Shown piece after piece: positions 1 to 12,459 of a stretch of DNA of 64,000 nt. The number at the start of each line of letters is the position of its first letter. The stretch's first letter is position 1. The notes under the pieces were generated by a model. That model searched no databases, was not told the origin of the DNA, and saw nothing but the letters and a program-made list of their open reading frames with translations. Source of the stretch: Bugula neritina (Eukaryota > Animalia > Bryozoa); NCBI GenBank assembly GCA_964035545.1, contig OZ037765.1, positions 14,146,698 through 14,210,697 of the forward strand, read 5' to 3'. A program made the translations under genes and the position numbers.

Positions 1-483
1 AGTTAAACTAAAGATGAGTCATAAGTTGGGTTTAAAATATGTCTACAAAAAGTAAGCTGCCTCCAATTAGCCCAAGAGGAAAAATATATGATTACGTAGC
101 AGCAAAAATTCCTTTGAAATATATAATTTTTTCTACGAAAGCTTGTTAGGAAGTTTGGCTTATTTTAGAAAATGTACAAACAGATGAAAACTAGCCCTAA
201 CAGTTTTATATATTGTGCCACTCAAGCATATTATATTGTGGTGTATAGACTAGTTTGAGCAGAAACCCAATATATTTGTATATGCAATGATATGCCTTTA
301 GCTGTACCAATATATTTTGCTTACCCTATCTTAAATGCCAATAACCACTAAAAGTGTGTTAACGGTAACTTTGTTTCTATTAATTTCTACGCAGAGTTAA
401 AGGGGATACTACAGCTAAAATACTATATAAAACTTAAACTTTGATATCATATTGTAATATTTGTAATGTTCATGTTATTGTAG

Positions 484-3400
484 TTGAGGATTGTAAAGCT
501 AGCACAGTCATGGAGCACCATGAGAACCCTTCTAGCTATTGTGTTTGATGCTTTCGGAGCTTTGGTGAACTTGAATTTAATTCTGCTCATTGTGATACTT
601 ATCTTTGCTGTGCTGGGCCATGAGCTGTTTGGTGAATTCTATTCCGCCTATGAAGATCTTGTAAATAATCCTCAACTTGCAGACTACGAAGGCCAGCTTC
701 CGAGGTGTCATATCCATATAATATAATATTTATTGTCGTGTATGAAAGGATGTATGTTTAAAATATAAGTATGTTGAAAAATAAGATTTATGTTAATATT
801 AAATGAGAAGAATGAATAGGAAAATTCATAAGCTGTACAGCAGTATTATAAATATTGTATAGTACAGACAATGTACTAAATGAAAAATTGTTGCAATCTG
901 AATCTATGTGTAAATAATAGGTGGCATTTTCACGATGTGACTCACTCATTGTTGATGGTATTCCGGGTTCTTTGTGGAGAGTGGGTGGAGCCATTGAGAG
1001 AATGCATGCGAGTGGCTGGAGATGGCTGCACATTCCTCTTTATCACAACACTTTTGCTTGGAAACTTTATGGTAATTTTGTTGCTATTTGCTTTTATTTT
1101 TGATAATTATAAAAATATTTTATTTAAAGAAATAAATAGAATACAGAATCAGATTGCGGTGATATGCAGCATGTAATGCACACTATGTGTATGCATTAAA
1201 CTAAGCATTTTAGTTCCGATTTGAACATGATGCATTAAAAACAGTAAGCCAGTTATATGCTTTAGGAAAGATTCTTGAGTCAAGTTGTTCTATTTTACGT
1301 CTATATTTTCATAATAGCAAAATATTGATCTACCCTATTTTATTGAAACTGTAATTAATATTATGTTAGTGCATACTATAAACAAAGCTTGCTGAATAAT
1401 TGTAGATATTCAACCTCTTCCTTGCTCTTCTTCTCAACTCATTCAGCACAGATAAAATCAAAAGGGATAAAGTAGAGGAAGGAGAAGGAAAACTGAAGAA
1501 AAGTTTAAAAAGGATTTACAGCTGCTTCCATTCCTGCACCAACAAGAAAGACTCTAAAGATAATCAGGCTCTTGTAAGTAACAAATATTTGATCTCACAA
1601 AACCTTGTTTGATGCAAGCAATATATACCAAGTCAGATAGCCATCCTAGAAACTTGTCAATCATGCTAGAACTGTTGTCTAATCTGGTTGTCAGTAAGAA
1701 GCCTAATCAGTAGGTGGTGCTGACACAAGATGCAGCTGCAATCACAGATATAGTGAGCTCAGATGGGATAGCAGCACTATTATACACATTTTTCTTTTAT
1801 ATCATGTGCGATAATTTTTGGTTTTAGTCTCAAAACTTGCTAAAAGTTGAGGATGACAAAGCAATACAAAGACTGCATCCTGACTCAATTGATCGAAAAC
1901 TTTCAATTAATGTTAATGGAAGTGAGAAAAGTTTAGTCAGCCTGATAGAGGCTACAGAACCGAAATCTCACGGCCATAGAAGTCTGAGTGTAGGCAGCTT
2001 TGAGGACAGCAAATCTTGGTCAGGTAGGTATTTGTAGACTGCAATGTTCTTATACTTTCTTTCATCAATATTTTAAAGAATTGAACAACTTAATATACTG
2101 GCCAACACCGTTTATTACAAGGCACAGATGTGAAATACTATGCTTAGCTAATAAGGTTTAATTTCTTGTAGCAAAATAGGTTTTTGTGACACCTTGTTGA
2201 TAGATGTTTTTATTATTAAATATTACCACCCTAGCAAGTTTTACTTTTATAGTTGAAATATAAACCATTTAGTCAATTTTGTTGCATCAATTACATCATA
2301 TAAGTGTATTATTGTTTAAAAACTGCTTAATCCAAATTTATGTGTATAGTTTCAGTAGTTCTCCTTAAGCCATATATAGAAGCATAATTTTAATTTTTGC
2401 TATCATTGTTAAACAGCCGTTTACATAATTGCCATGAAACATAGATTATATAATTTTCTTTTTTCTATTGAATGTTGTTATTAACGTAGAGCGGAGTAGT
2501 TATCTGAGTAATGGGTTAGAGCTGAAGCCAGCTATGAGTAATGGATACAGCAAAAGCAGAACTGGCAGCATTATATCTTCTTTGTCAAATGGTTATGCTA
2601 ATGGAGTGCTTAAAAACAAGGTCAGAGCCTTTTCAAATTCAGTATTGTAATCTATTGTTATATTATTTGCTGTAGGTTGCAGATTGCTAACAAAATTTTT
2701 AGTAAAAACACTCTTAAAATACATTTTGTCAAATTTATTAAAATTTTGAAGCAATGGGATAATTAAAAAGCATTTATCATGATGTGATAACAGTCAAGGT
2801 ATATTGACATTACTCATTAGGCATTGTGAATTCGAATTTAGAGTGTAGAAATGTCGCCGGGCAATCTGAGGCAGATAGAGAGTGCTTTCTCTACCCACCG
2901 CGATGACTATGCAAACTTTGAGACGGCAGTGGAGGCAAACACTGGTGGTTGTTCAAGTATGCCCCGCAGTCCTATCACTCCTATCATCATTACAGAAGAT
3001 TACTCTAAGGAACCTGTTACTGTTGAAGAATATCAAGAAGAGCAATTTCAAGGTAACAAATTCATAACCCAGTGAACAGATCATTGCTGGGTTTCGACAT
3101 TTGATTTATGAAACATAACAAAAATTATTTGTGATATATTACCTAAAAATGTATTTTGGTACACAAAACAGTAAAATAATTTTGATGCCTTTTAAATGAT
3201 GAGCTCAGCAAAAGAGTTGTTTATCAGTTTAAGAAGGTTCAGCCGTCTTTGTTATTAATAACTAACATATGCCTGCTAACTCCAATATTATAGGAGACCC
3301 TAATGGCTGTTGTGGATGGCTTTGGAGTAAGTATAGCAGTGTCTTGTATTGTTCCTTCTGATATGTAGTATAGATGATAGAATGTACAGTTTATGTCTCT

Positions 3401-6400
3401 AGCCACCTGACTAGTGGGTTACTCTATTGTTACCAAATCCACTATATGGCCGATGCAATATCAAATTTGTGAACAGCTAATAATGCGAAAATTTGTTTTT
3501 GATATAGTCACTAAGTAAGTTTTGAAACTTTAAAATCAAGTCTATCCCAAAATACAACCACGTTGTTATTCAGAATCTAAAAGTTCAGTGCCATTTTCAT
3601 TTTCGCTCAGAATCTCATATGTTATTCAGTATATGCACATTGGCTGAGTGAAATTTTAATTAAGATACAAAACTGACCAATATGTACAGCACTCTGAGCT
3701 GCTGAATGTGCGATGTACTGCATGAGAAACATGTACATGATGTGTGCGTATCTTATATGCATGTAATATTATCAACTATGTAAATGCAGGTGTATATTCA
3801 TAACCTACTAAATGTTGTTATCTTTTGTTGTGAAGTTATAGCTCTTATCTACTGTAGCAGGAAAGTATGACCATGGTAAGATAGAGTTACATAATCATCT
3901 ATCCAAATTATTCTCATTTACCCAATCAAAAAATATAAATAAATGCACAAAACAGTGGAATAAATTTTGTGTAAGAACCATCCAGAATGAGCAAAGTGTA
4001 AATTGTTGTTCTTACAATCAACCTGTGTTATAAGCCATAATTCATTTAAAGTTTGGCTTAACTTTAATGATGTACATGGCAGGGGAAACAGAAGTGAATA
4101 CATCTTCAACCACTCTAGATGCTAGTAAAGAGGATGAAAAAGCAATAGCAAAAGACGATGAGGAAGAAATGATAGCAGAAGATGGGAAAATTGTGCTGCC
4201 TGATTGTCTATGCCCAATAGTGCACAGGTATACAAGTTACTGCAACTAATATGTTCAACTATTTCACTTTGGCAACATAGGCTAATTTTGTGCAACCTAA
4301 TGATGATCCTTCATCAAACTTGAAATTGAAGTCTAAAATTTAGTCTACTGATTGTATTTTGCTGTTCTTATGAATTTTTTAAAGAAATGTTGTAAATTAG
4401 CATTTTCTTGAACTTTGCTCAACTAATATGGCAAAAACTGTTAAATTTTATGTTCGGTTTTCAATCTATATTTTGCTTATTTATGTTAATAAGAAAGTTT
4501 TGTGATGAGAAAGTTGTTTATAATATATTTTTGTACAATTGCAGGAATTCCAAATATAACAACTGTTGTCCTTCAACATGGCAGAATTTCCGAATAACGT
4601 GTGCCAGTATTGTTACTCACAAAGCATTCGAAGGACTGATACTGCTGCTCATTGCTGCCAGTACCATTGCTCTTTGCTTTGAAGATATACACTTACATGC
4701 AAAGCCAACCTTGTCATCAGCCCTAAACTATCTCAATATAGTCTTTGCTCTCTTCTTTTTCGTTGAGATGATTCTGAAAATTATAGCATTGGGCTTGAAA
4801 AAGTACTTCACAGGATTCTGGTCCATTTTAGATTTCCTGATTGTTTGTGTAAGTATGGTATTGAATTTTAGAAGCAGAGTTGGCTAAGTTAAATAGTAAT
4901 CATGTTAACCAAAGAGTTGAACCTAGGTTAAAATCAAAGAAAGTATATTTGAGTCAAGTAAACTGTTTACTTTAGTTGGTCCAGTTTGTTTATTAAAAGA
5001 ATTGGCTTGCAATTCTTTAGCAAACTAAGAAATATGATACTTGTTAAAAAAATTAAATTTAAATTAAATGAGAAAAATCAGTGGGTTTTAGATGCATTCA
5101 ACAGTTGAAAAACTGTAACTTTAAATTTAGCAGCTTTGGTATTATTTATTTAGAATTAATGAATAATAAAGAAATTATAAATAGCTGTGGTATAATTTAT
5201 TAACAATAACTAAATAAAAACAACAGGGTATATCTGATAAGCATATAGTAGGGGTAATAGGAGCACAACGGTCATAGGGGTACAAAAAGCCGGTAAAATT
5301 GTGAGCGAACTTATTGACTTAGAGCTGTGATTTTTTTTGTAATAAAAAGGTATTGACATAATTTTTCAGCCATTGTAGTTTCAACACTTACGGAGCATAC
5401 ATATGTTGAAGAGGCAAGTCAAAAACTGTTTTTACCTACTTTTTGTAAATATTTTATGATGTCGTTAAAGCTTTATAACTTTTTACACTCAAAGGTAACA
5501 AGCCTAGATTTTACTGATATTGTTGCTATTGCTTGTCTCTACATTGGTTAACTAGTATAACAAACTCTAAAATAAACTTTTCTTGAGCCACATTTATTTT
5601 CAACTTGGCCACACGGGGCACAATGGGCCACCTGATCCTTGCACCCTGATTACTGTTATTAGTTTGTTTGCCCATAAAGTTAGATGAAATGTTAATAAAA
5701 TCTATAGATATAGCCATTTCTGACCTTTTTGTAAAGTATCAAAGATATCATGGTAAGACTACCAGACTACAAGGTGAAGCTCCTCTAATAGGCCTATATA
5801 CATTTGGTGAGGTTTTAGCTTTGCCATTTTATACATTATACAAAACAATCTGCTGTTGCTACTAATAGATAGTCATGATATTTATTATACATTATATCAT
5901 TGAGGGATTATACATTTATTTGACTGAAATAAATTCTGATTTGCACATTTCCTCCCCCTCCCCTTCCGCATTCCAGTCACAAACTTCTGCCATGCACCTT
6001 AGCTACAGTTCATAGAAAAACGTCCACTCAGAATTTTGTAGTACATGTTACTAAAGTTTTTTCTGATGAAAGTTCCTGTGAAGTGAAGGTAGAAATAAAA
6101 ATTTTTAGTTTTAAACAGTAATGAAAATGGTACCGTAGAAATGAGTGATGTGCGTTTGATTTTGCCTCCCCTTGTTATCTGTGGTGGTACAAACTGTACA
6201 GCTAAAATATGATTTTTGCTATAGACCTGAAAAAGTATCTTTATTTATTTGTGTATATTAATTAAATTAAGATCAGATGCAACCAAATCAACAAAGTTTC
6301 AACATATTTGTTGTGTCTCACCCAGTGGCCGATTGTACCCCGGTACCGGGGTAGAATGGGCCGATTTTTTCATCACGAAAATTTCATTATTCTGAAAGTT

Positions 6401-9400
6401 GTAAGAGAGATGAAAACAACAAACTGTTACCTGTAATAGACAACAGATGCAGCATTTAGACTAGAGATTATTGAACTAATAACTTGAAAAACAGACAAAT
6501 AAGAGCAAAAAATTCAAAAATCCCCCCTTCGTTACCCCTATACTATTTATTTAACATGATTCCTTTTCATAGGTACAATAGATTAGAAAAAGTGTAGCTT
6601 AAAGTTCGCAACTTTGAGTATATGTTTACAATGGGGGATTGCTTACTAAAATATATAGTTGTTAGGACAAATAAAAATTGATACTGAAAAGAAATGGCTA
6701 AAGATATTCTAGTTTGAGTTTATTGTTTCACAGGTATCTATTACTGACACTATGGGACTTTTCTTCAACTCTATTGACGTCACGTCGTTTCGAGCAATGC
6801 GGACACTGAGAGCTTTACGCCCTCTTCGAGCTGTTTCCAGATGGGAAAGCATGACTGTAAGTGTTATACAATGTCTAAGTGTTATACAATGTCCAAGTGT
6901 TATACAATGTCTAAGTGTTATACAATGTCTAAGTGCAATACATTGAGTCTGGAGCAAATAAGTCTGTGGTTTAATCAGTCTAAGGAGAAGTGGTCTATGG
7001 AGAGTCAAATAGTAAAAAAATCTGCTCATCATTTGATCTCATATGCTTACAGTAAGCTGTATTATTCTTCATGTATGCTCATGGATGTTATTCTTAAGTT
7101 CCTATAGCATTCACTAAACTCTAAAATATCAAGCATCTGCTAGTTGAATGATTAAGGGCAGCACAATATTTCAAAATTTAACTGCACAATGTTCAAAAAT
7201 AATTAAGGCAGGTTTAGCTTATCTTTATAATTTGTGTGTGAACTTATAAACTGGTACATGTTTGAACATTTAAATAAATTGGGCTTGTAAGTTAAACTAC
7301 TGACTTTGTTAATTTTTGAGACAGTTTTTGAAAATATTGTTTAGTTGTTATAAACTACATTAACTTCGGTCAGCACAGCACTTTAAACGGTTTACTTTAA
7401 ACGAGACTTTCAAAATAGAATGAAGCTGTCACTAATTGCCTCAATACTGGCAGTGCTTTAAATGACGTCAATATAAAAGGCATTTTTGTTTGGAGTGATT
7501 ATTTGCACAAAAACTATGAAAAATGAATGAACTAATCTGGTTTTCAACTTTTTGTAGATTATAGTGAATGCATTGATATTTGCATTACCTGCAATTGCTA
7601 ATGTATTTTTGGTATGCATTGTGTTCTGGCTTATATTTGTCATAATGGGGGTCCAAACTTTCCGTGGAAAATTTCATCAGTGTGAAATTGATGACTTAAG
7701 GGTAAGTTGAAACTTATATTGAGGATGTCAACTACATATTTGTAAAACAGAGTTTCACATCGCTATCTAAATCGTACTGAGTATATATATTACATTTATT
7801 CAATTTTTTGTGTTTGACAAACTTGGGATTTATCAAAATGGTGCACAATTTTTGCAGTTTTAGAAAGCATGCCCTGCGTCAAAACTCAGTTTTGGTTTTT
7901 GAAATTAACATGGCAGATTTGGCATAAGAAGTAAAGCAGCATTAAAACTGTCAAATTGTTGCATATAATTTAAAGTTATTGAAACCTATAAAAAAAGTTT
8001 GCATCAATAACAGACTAGAATGTGTTCCAGTATATGATTGCTAGGACTTGACATCTTTTTCAAAGATCTTTGATCAGAATAATATGCATGTGATGGGTTC
8101 ACATGCGCTTAGACATGCTGAAAATAACTCACAGGTTAAAATTCATTGAACAGGTTAAAGCCTATGAAACAGATTACCACTGTGACAGTGTGCCAATACC
8201 ACTCAACATCACAGAGCTAAGAAGTTACCATTTTCCATTAGTTCTGAGTGAATGCAACAGCACAATTCTTTCTCCACTACTTGGTGAAGACAGTGCAAAC
8301 TGGCACTGGGCAAAACTTTGTCACATTATGGGAGGTATTTGGAAGCGACCATTTATACATTTTGATCATCTGGGTGCAGGCTACTTGGCTTTATTTCAAA
8401 CAGCAACATTTGAGGGATGGATGGAGGTGATGGATGCAGCTATAGATCATAATCCAGTGGTTAGTAATAACATTAAAATCATATAACACTAATACACCAC
8501 TTCCATAGCAACGATTCTCTTTAGGATTTTAAGATTTAGTTTTTATTTTTCAGCATCTATATCTACAGAATATTCTAACAAATCCTCGTCTTTGGTTTGC
8601 ATAGCTTGTGGGTTTATTCCTAATGTAAGCTGAATTCATGATTGTTTGGTTATATTTGCAGATGGGAGGACAGGCTGACAGGGAACAGTCATTCTCCTGG
8701 TATATATATTTTGTCCTCTTTATTATCTTCGGAGCTTTCTTCACACTGAATCTATTCATTGGAGTTATTATAGACAACTTTAATATGCTAAAGAAGAAGG
8801 TTAGTGCCTGGAAATATAAGTTAGAAGTTTGTCATATAGTATGCTATATAGTATGTTATACACTATACAGTACGTCATACATTATACATGTGTAGTGTGT
8901 ACATGGTTTGTTATATAGTATGCTATATAGTTTGTCATATAGTATGTTATATAGTATGTCATATAGTATGTTATATAGTATGCTATATAGCTTGTCATAT
9001 AATGTGAAACGTATTATGTTAGTGAGTGCATTATAAAAGTTTAAACATCAGCTGCTACCTAGGTGAATATAAACTTTAGACTGATTAAAAATTTATATCT
9101 TAATATTTTTATCCATCTCAGCTTTAACCACAATGAAAACAAAATATGCTAAGGTATAGCGAGGTAAACAAAATATTCTAGGCTATAATATGCATATACT
9201 ATGTAAAGTAGTATATAATAGATATTGGTAATTTATTATAATGTACAGTAAAAGTTGTAAATCATGTAAACTATTGTGCAACATAAGTTAGCATATTTAT
9301 GTTGTCACATAGACCAAAAATAGAGCAATGTAGAACAGTGTAAACAAATTGTTGCTGTATTCATACAGAGGCATAAATATAATAACTAATGCAGCGAAAA

Positions 9401-12400
9401 CCTCTGGTTAATGAGTCACTATCTACAGCTGTGTAATAAATTGGAACTGCATGTTGAATAACTTACATATTATAGAAGTATAAACTTTAGAACTCATCTG
9501 CGACAATTTGATATTGTACAATACTAAACTAGTGTTGGGAGGTGCATGTGAACAGCATACTGGGAAAATTTCAATAATAGGCTTTACGGAATGTTAATGT
9601 TTCAACTGCCTTAGTTGGTTACAAAACATTGCTATAAACGCTTTATTGAAGTTTTAAAATACAACAAGGCAATGCCAGGAGAATGACAACCGTCTACTTA
9701 AAATGGGATAACAACTCTAGCATCATGTGGTTTATAGGCAGGTAATCTAGAAGGGGGAAGCAGTGCAAGACTGCTACTAGCCGCCCTGCCTCACCACATT
9801 ACCTGGTCTAGATAGAGGCTCTTAACTATATATGGACATTTTCATACCTAGCAAATACCTATGTCACATGTGCTTAATCCTTCAATGGGTTCAAAAAAAG
9901 TTCTCAACACAAAAACAAAAAATATTGATATCATATTTCTAAGAATCTATTCAAATTCCTAAACATGATACATTATATTAAATATGTATAGCTATATTAT
10001 GTAGTATAAAACAATTCCTTGCAATGCATGTGAAATTCATATATACCTGGAACTTTGACCCACACCGGGTTAGTGAAAGTTGCTTCAGAACAATTTTATA
10101 AAGAATTATATTGGATATAGTAAAGAAACTATTTTTGTTTTTAGTATGACGGAAGCTACTTGGCTCTGTTTCTTACTGAAAATCAACGACATTATTATGC
10201 AACATTGAAAAAGTTGGGAAATAAAAAGCCACAGAAAACCATACGGAGACCAAAGGTTTGTAGATAATATAATTAAATGCCATCATATTTTATTATAAAA
10301 AAGTTCATATTATAAATATATGCATGCAATATATACTATATAACCTTAATCAGGAACGTAATCACGTATATCAGCATATATAAATAACCAACCTTCATAA
10401 TATCAAATATATCCATTTGCGCTCACATTATCTTAAGTATTAACCTGCAAATAAATATTTTGTAAAATTAGTTTTGTTCTAAGTAAAATAAATTTTATTA
10501 AAAAAGTTTTTTTATATTATGGCAGTATTATATAAATTTTTGAGCTATAGCTGCAAGCATAAGTCAACATGTGGATTTGAGCATTGGCTAATTAGCCTTC
10601 CCTTTCAGGGTCAGTAAAATATGTATTACAATTCTTTCTACATTCGGCATTTACATGTAAGTTTTACTTTAGCAGAGATTTCGAATCTTTTATTTTAAAA
10701 CTTGAAGTTTGGCACTTAAAAGACTTAAATTATTACCGTAATAGTTTTTATAAAATATTTTGCATTAAAATCTATTTAGCTATAGAAATCACTATTAATT
10801 GCAGAGGTATTGTAAATAACAATTAAGTTTTTGACATTTCTTTTTATTCTAATGGCCATTACCAACTCATTTTCTCAGATTTTTTCTTTATACTTCAATT
10901 ACCTTAAACTATTTTACCAAAAGCGGTTTCACAATATTTTGTAGTCAAAGACGCAGGCAATTTTCTTCGACATTGCTACCAGCAATCGGTTTGAAATTGG
11001 TATAACCATTGTTATCCTATTGAATATGGCATCAATGATGGTAGAGTATGAGCCAAGGACTGTCTACGGGTCAATGTCTGTGACTGGCGAGTTTGTTCCT
11101 GACAGCAATGCATCCTCAATTGATCACGACTTACTCACAGAAGTTTTATTTTATATCAATACAACATTTACGGTAATATTTGTTGTTGAAGCAGCCATCA
11201 AAATAATAGGCTTGAGATTTCATTACTTCCGTAAAGCATGGAATGTATTTGATTTTGTTATAGTATTAGTGTCTACAGTGAGCCTTATTATGGACAAACA
11301 TTTGACTCAAGGTGGTATAATATCTCCATCATTACTTCGAGTTGTCAGAGTGTTTAGAATAGGACGAGTACTAAGGTTAGTAAAAGCAGCCAAAGGCATT
11401 CGAAAGTTGCTGTTTGCATTAGTAATATCTATACCAGCGTTGTTCAACATAGCAACATTATTGTTTCTTTTCATGTTCATATTTGCTATTGTTGGCATGA
11501 CCTACTTCGGTAATGTCAGGCATCGAGGAGCATTGACAGCTACAGTAAATTTTGAAACATTTGGTAGAAGCATGCTATTGCTCTTCCGTTTGAGTACTTC
11601 CGGTGGATGGAATGATGTACTTTATCCGTTGATGGAAGAAGATGACTGTAATGGAACACACTATATCAATACATTAGGTGTGCCGCAGGAACGAGTGGGA
11701 GGTGATTGTGGCTCACAAGCATTTGCTATACCATTTTTCCTTTGCTATCTTTTTATAAGCTTTATGGTAATCATTAATATGTATATAGCCGTCATCCTCG
11801 AGAACTTCAATCAGGCTCACGAGCAAGAAGAAATCGGCATCACAGATGATGACTTTGACATGTTTTATGCAATTTGGGAAAAGTACGATCCGCATGCTAC
11901 ACAATACATCAAGTTAGAACTGCTTTCAGAGTTTATAGAAAGTTTAGACATTCCTCTTGGAATACCCAAACCAAATAACATGGCTATAGTGGCGTTCAAT
12001 CTGCCCATAGTAGAAGGGGACAGAATACACTGTCTAGATGTACTTATGGCTTTAGTGAAGAGAGTTCTCCGAGGCACAGACGAGGACATGGCCAACAAGT
12101 CAGAGCAGTATAAAGAAGCAAATGAAAAGCTTCAGCAACAAATAGCTGAAAAATATAAGAGCGCTTTTCCCCATAGACAACAGGCTAAAGTAGTGACAAC
12201 GACAATGCAACGTAAAAAGGAAGATGTTGCGGCAAAAACATTACAACGAGCGTGGAAGAAGCACAAGATGAAACAGAATATCTTGCGAATCAGAGATCTA
12301 GCAAAAGAGTCCACATCAGCTCACCATGAGAGCACATCAAGACGGCTGAGCATTTCGCTTAGTAACATAAAAGACAGAATAAGCAGTGCATTAAGTAGAC

Positions 12401-12459
12401 TTTCTCTTCGGAGAAGTTCTATCAAAAGTGCCAAAAGTGGTGATTCACATCACCCCTAG
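484..12459 (+). CDS. Nav2: Voltage-gated sodium-channel-family alpha subunit, Nav2 (DSC1/NaCP60E-like) type; 5'-partial, domain I lies upstream of the window
   Basis: Phase-consistent GT-AG exons: 484-704, 921-1071, 1406-1573, 1828-2023, 2490-2620, 2842-3052, (3294-3326 candidate micro-exon), 4083-4227, 4545-4848, 6734-6856, 7558-7701, 8154-8459, 8662-8799, 10145-10255, 10945-12459 (TAG). Motifs: DII pore LCGEW; DIII S4 [18 protein letters not shown]; DIII pore TATFEGW (Glu, typical of Nav2); III-IV linker [19 protein letters not shown]; DIV S4 [18 protein letters not shown]; DIV pore STSGGW; C-terminal EF-hand-like region and IQ-like [11 protein letters not shown]. Confidence 0.93.
3294..3326 (+). 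CDS. Candidate 33-nt micro-exon of the Nav gene ([11 protein letters not shown])
   Basis: TAG acceptor with two CTAAC branch-point motifs upstream and a perfect GTAAGT donor at 3327. Phase 1-1, frame-preserving between exons 2842-3052 and 4083-4227. Confidence 0.6.
5251..6538. mobile_element. Non-autonomous DNA transposon (MITE-like, Tc1/mariner-pogo type) in a Nav intron
   Basis: Inverted ends GGGGTAA...TTACCCC, each flanked by TA (5249-50, 6539-40). Internal repeats of a GGGGYA(C/G)AATGGGCC motif near 5614 and in inverted pair at 6326-6363. No transposase ORF. Confidence 0.55.
6859..6942. repeat. 18-bp minisatellite (AAGTGTTATACAATGTCT, ~4.5 copies) starting inside the donor site of the DIII S4 exon
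   Basis: Directly visible tandem units. It explains the repetitive ORFs at 6709-7107. Confidence 0.9.
8830..9000. repeat. Degenerate ~14-bp tandem repeat (TATAGTATGYTA-type)
   Basis: Visible repeated units in the Nav intron 8800-10144. Confidence 0.75.
10945..12459 (+). CDS. Nav2: Nav terminal exon: domain IV plus cytoplasmic C-terminus
   Basis: Long ORF with S1-S6, [17 protein letters not shown] pore, [13 protein letters not shown]6 and WEKYDP motifs. Confidence 0.95.
   Translation, partial: SKTQAIFFDIATSNRFEIGITIVILLNMASMMVEYEPRTVYGSMSVTGEFVPDSNASSIDHDLLTEVLFYINTTFTVIFVVEAAIKIIGLRFHYFRKAWNVFDFVIVLVSTVSLIMDKHLTQGGIISPSLLRVVRVFRIGRVLRLVKAAKGIRKLLFALVISIPALFNIATLLFLFMFIFAIVGMTYFGNVRHRGALTATVNFETFGRSMLLLFRLSTSGGWNDVLYPLMEEDDCNGTHYINTLGVPQERVGGDCGSQAFAIPFFLCYLFISFMVIINMYIAVILENFNQAHEQEEIGITDDDFDMFYAIWEKYDPHATQYIKLELLSEFIESLDIPLGIPKPNNMAIVAFNLPIVEGDRIHCLDVLMALVKRVLRGTDEDMANKSEQYKEANEKLQQQIAEKYKSAFPHRQQAKVVTTTMQRKKEDVAAKTLQRAWKKHKMKQNILRIRDLAKESTSAHHESTSRRLSISLSNIKDRISSALSRLSLRRSSIKSAKSGDSHHP

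Noticed and set aside
6709-7107. Repetitive Cys/His-rich ORFs (HCITL, KCYTMS repeats)
   Set aside because: Produced by the 18-bp intronic minisatellite.
11307-12314. Several minus-strand ORFs within the Nav terminal exon (also antisense ORFs in netrin at 49694-50086 and 51131-51349)
   Set aside because: Shadow ORFs of real coding exons with no independent motifs.
484-12459. Calling the channel a para/Nav1 (SCN) ortholog
   Set aside because: The DIII pore has Glu (FEGW) rather than Lys (FKGW), and the YDGSYL..FLT linker is Nav2-like.
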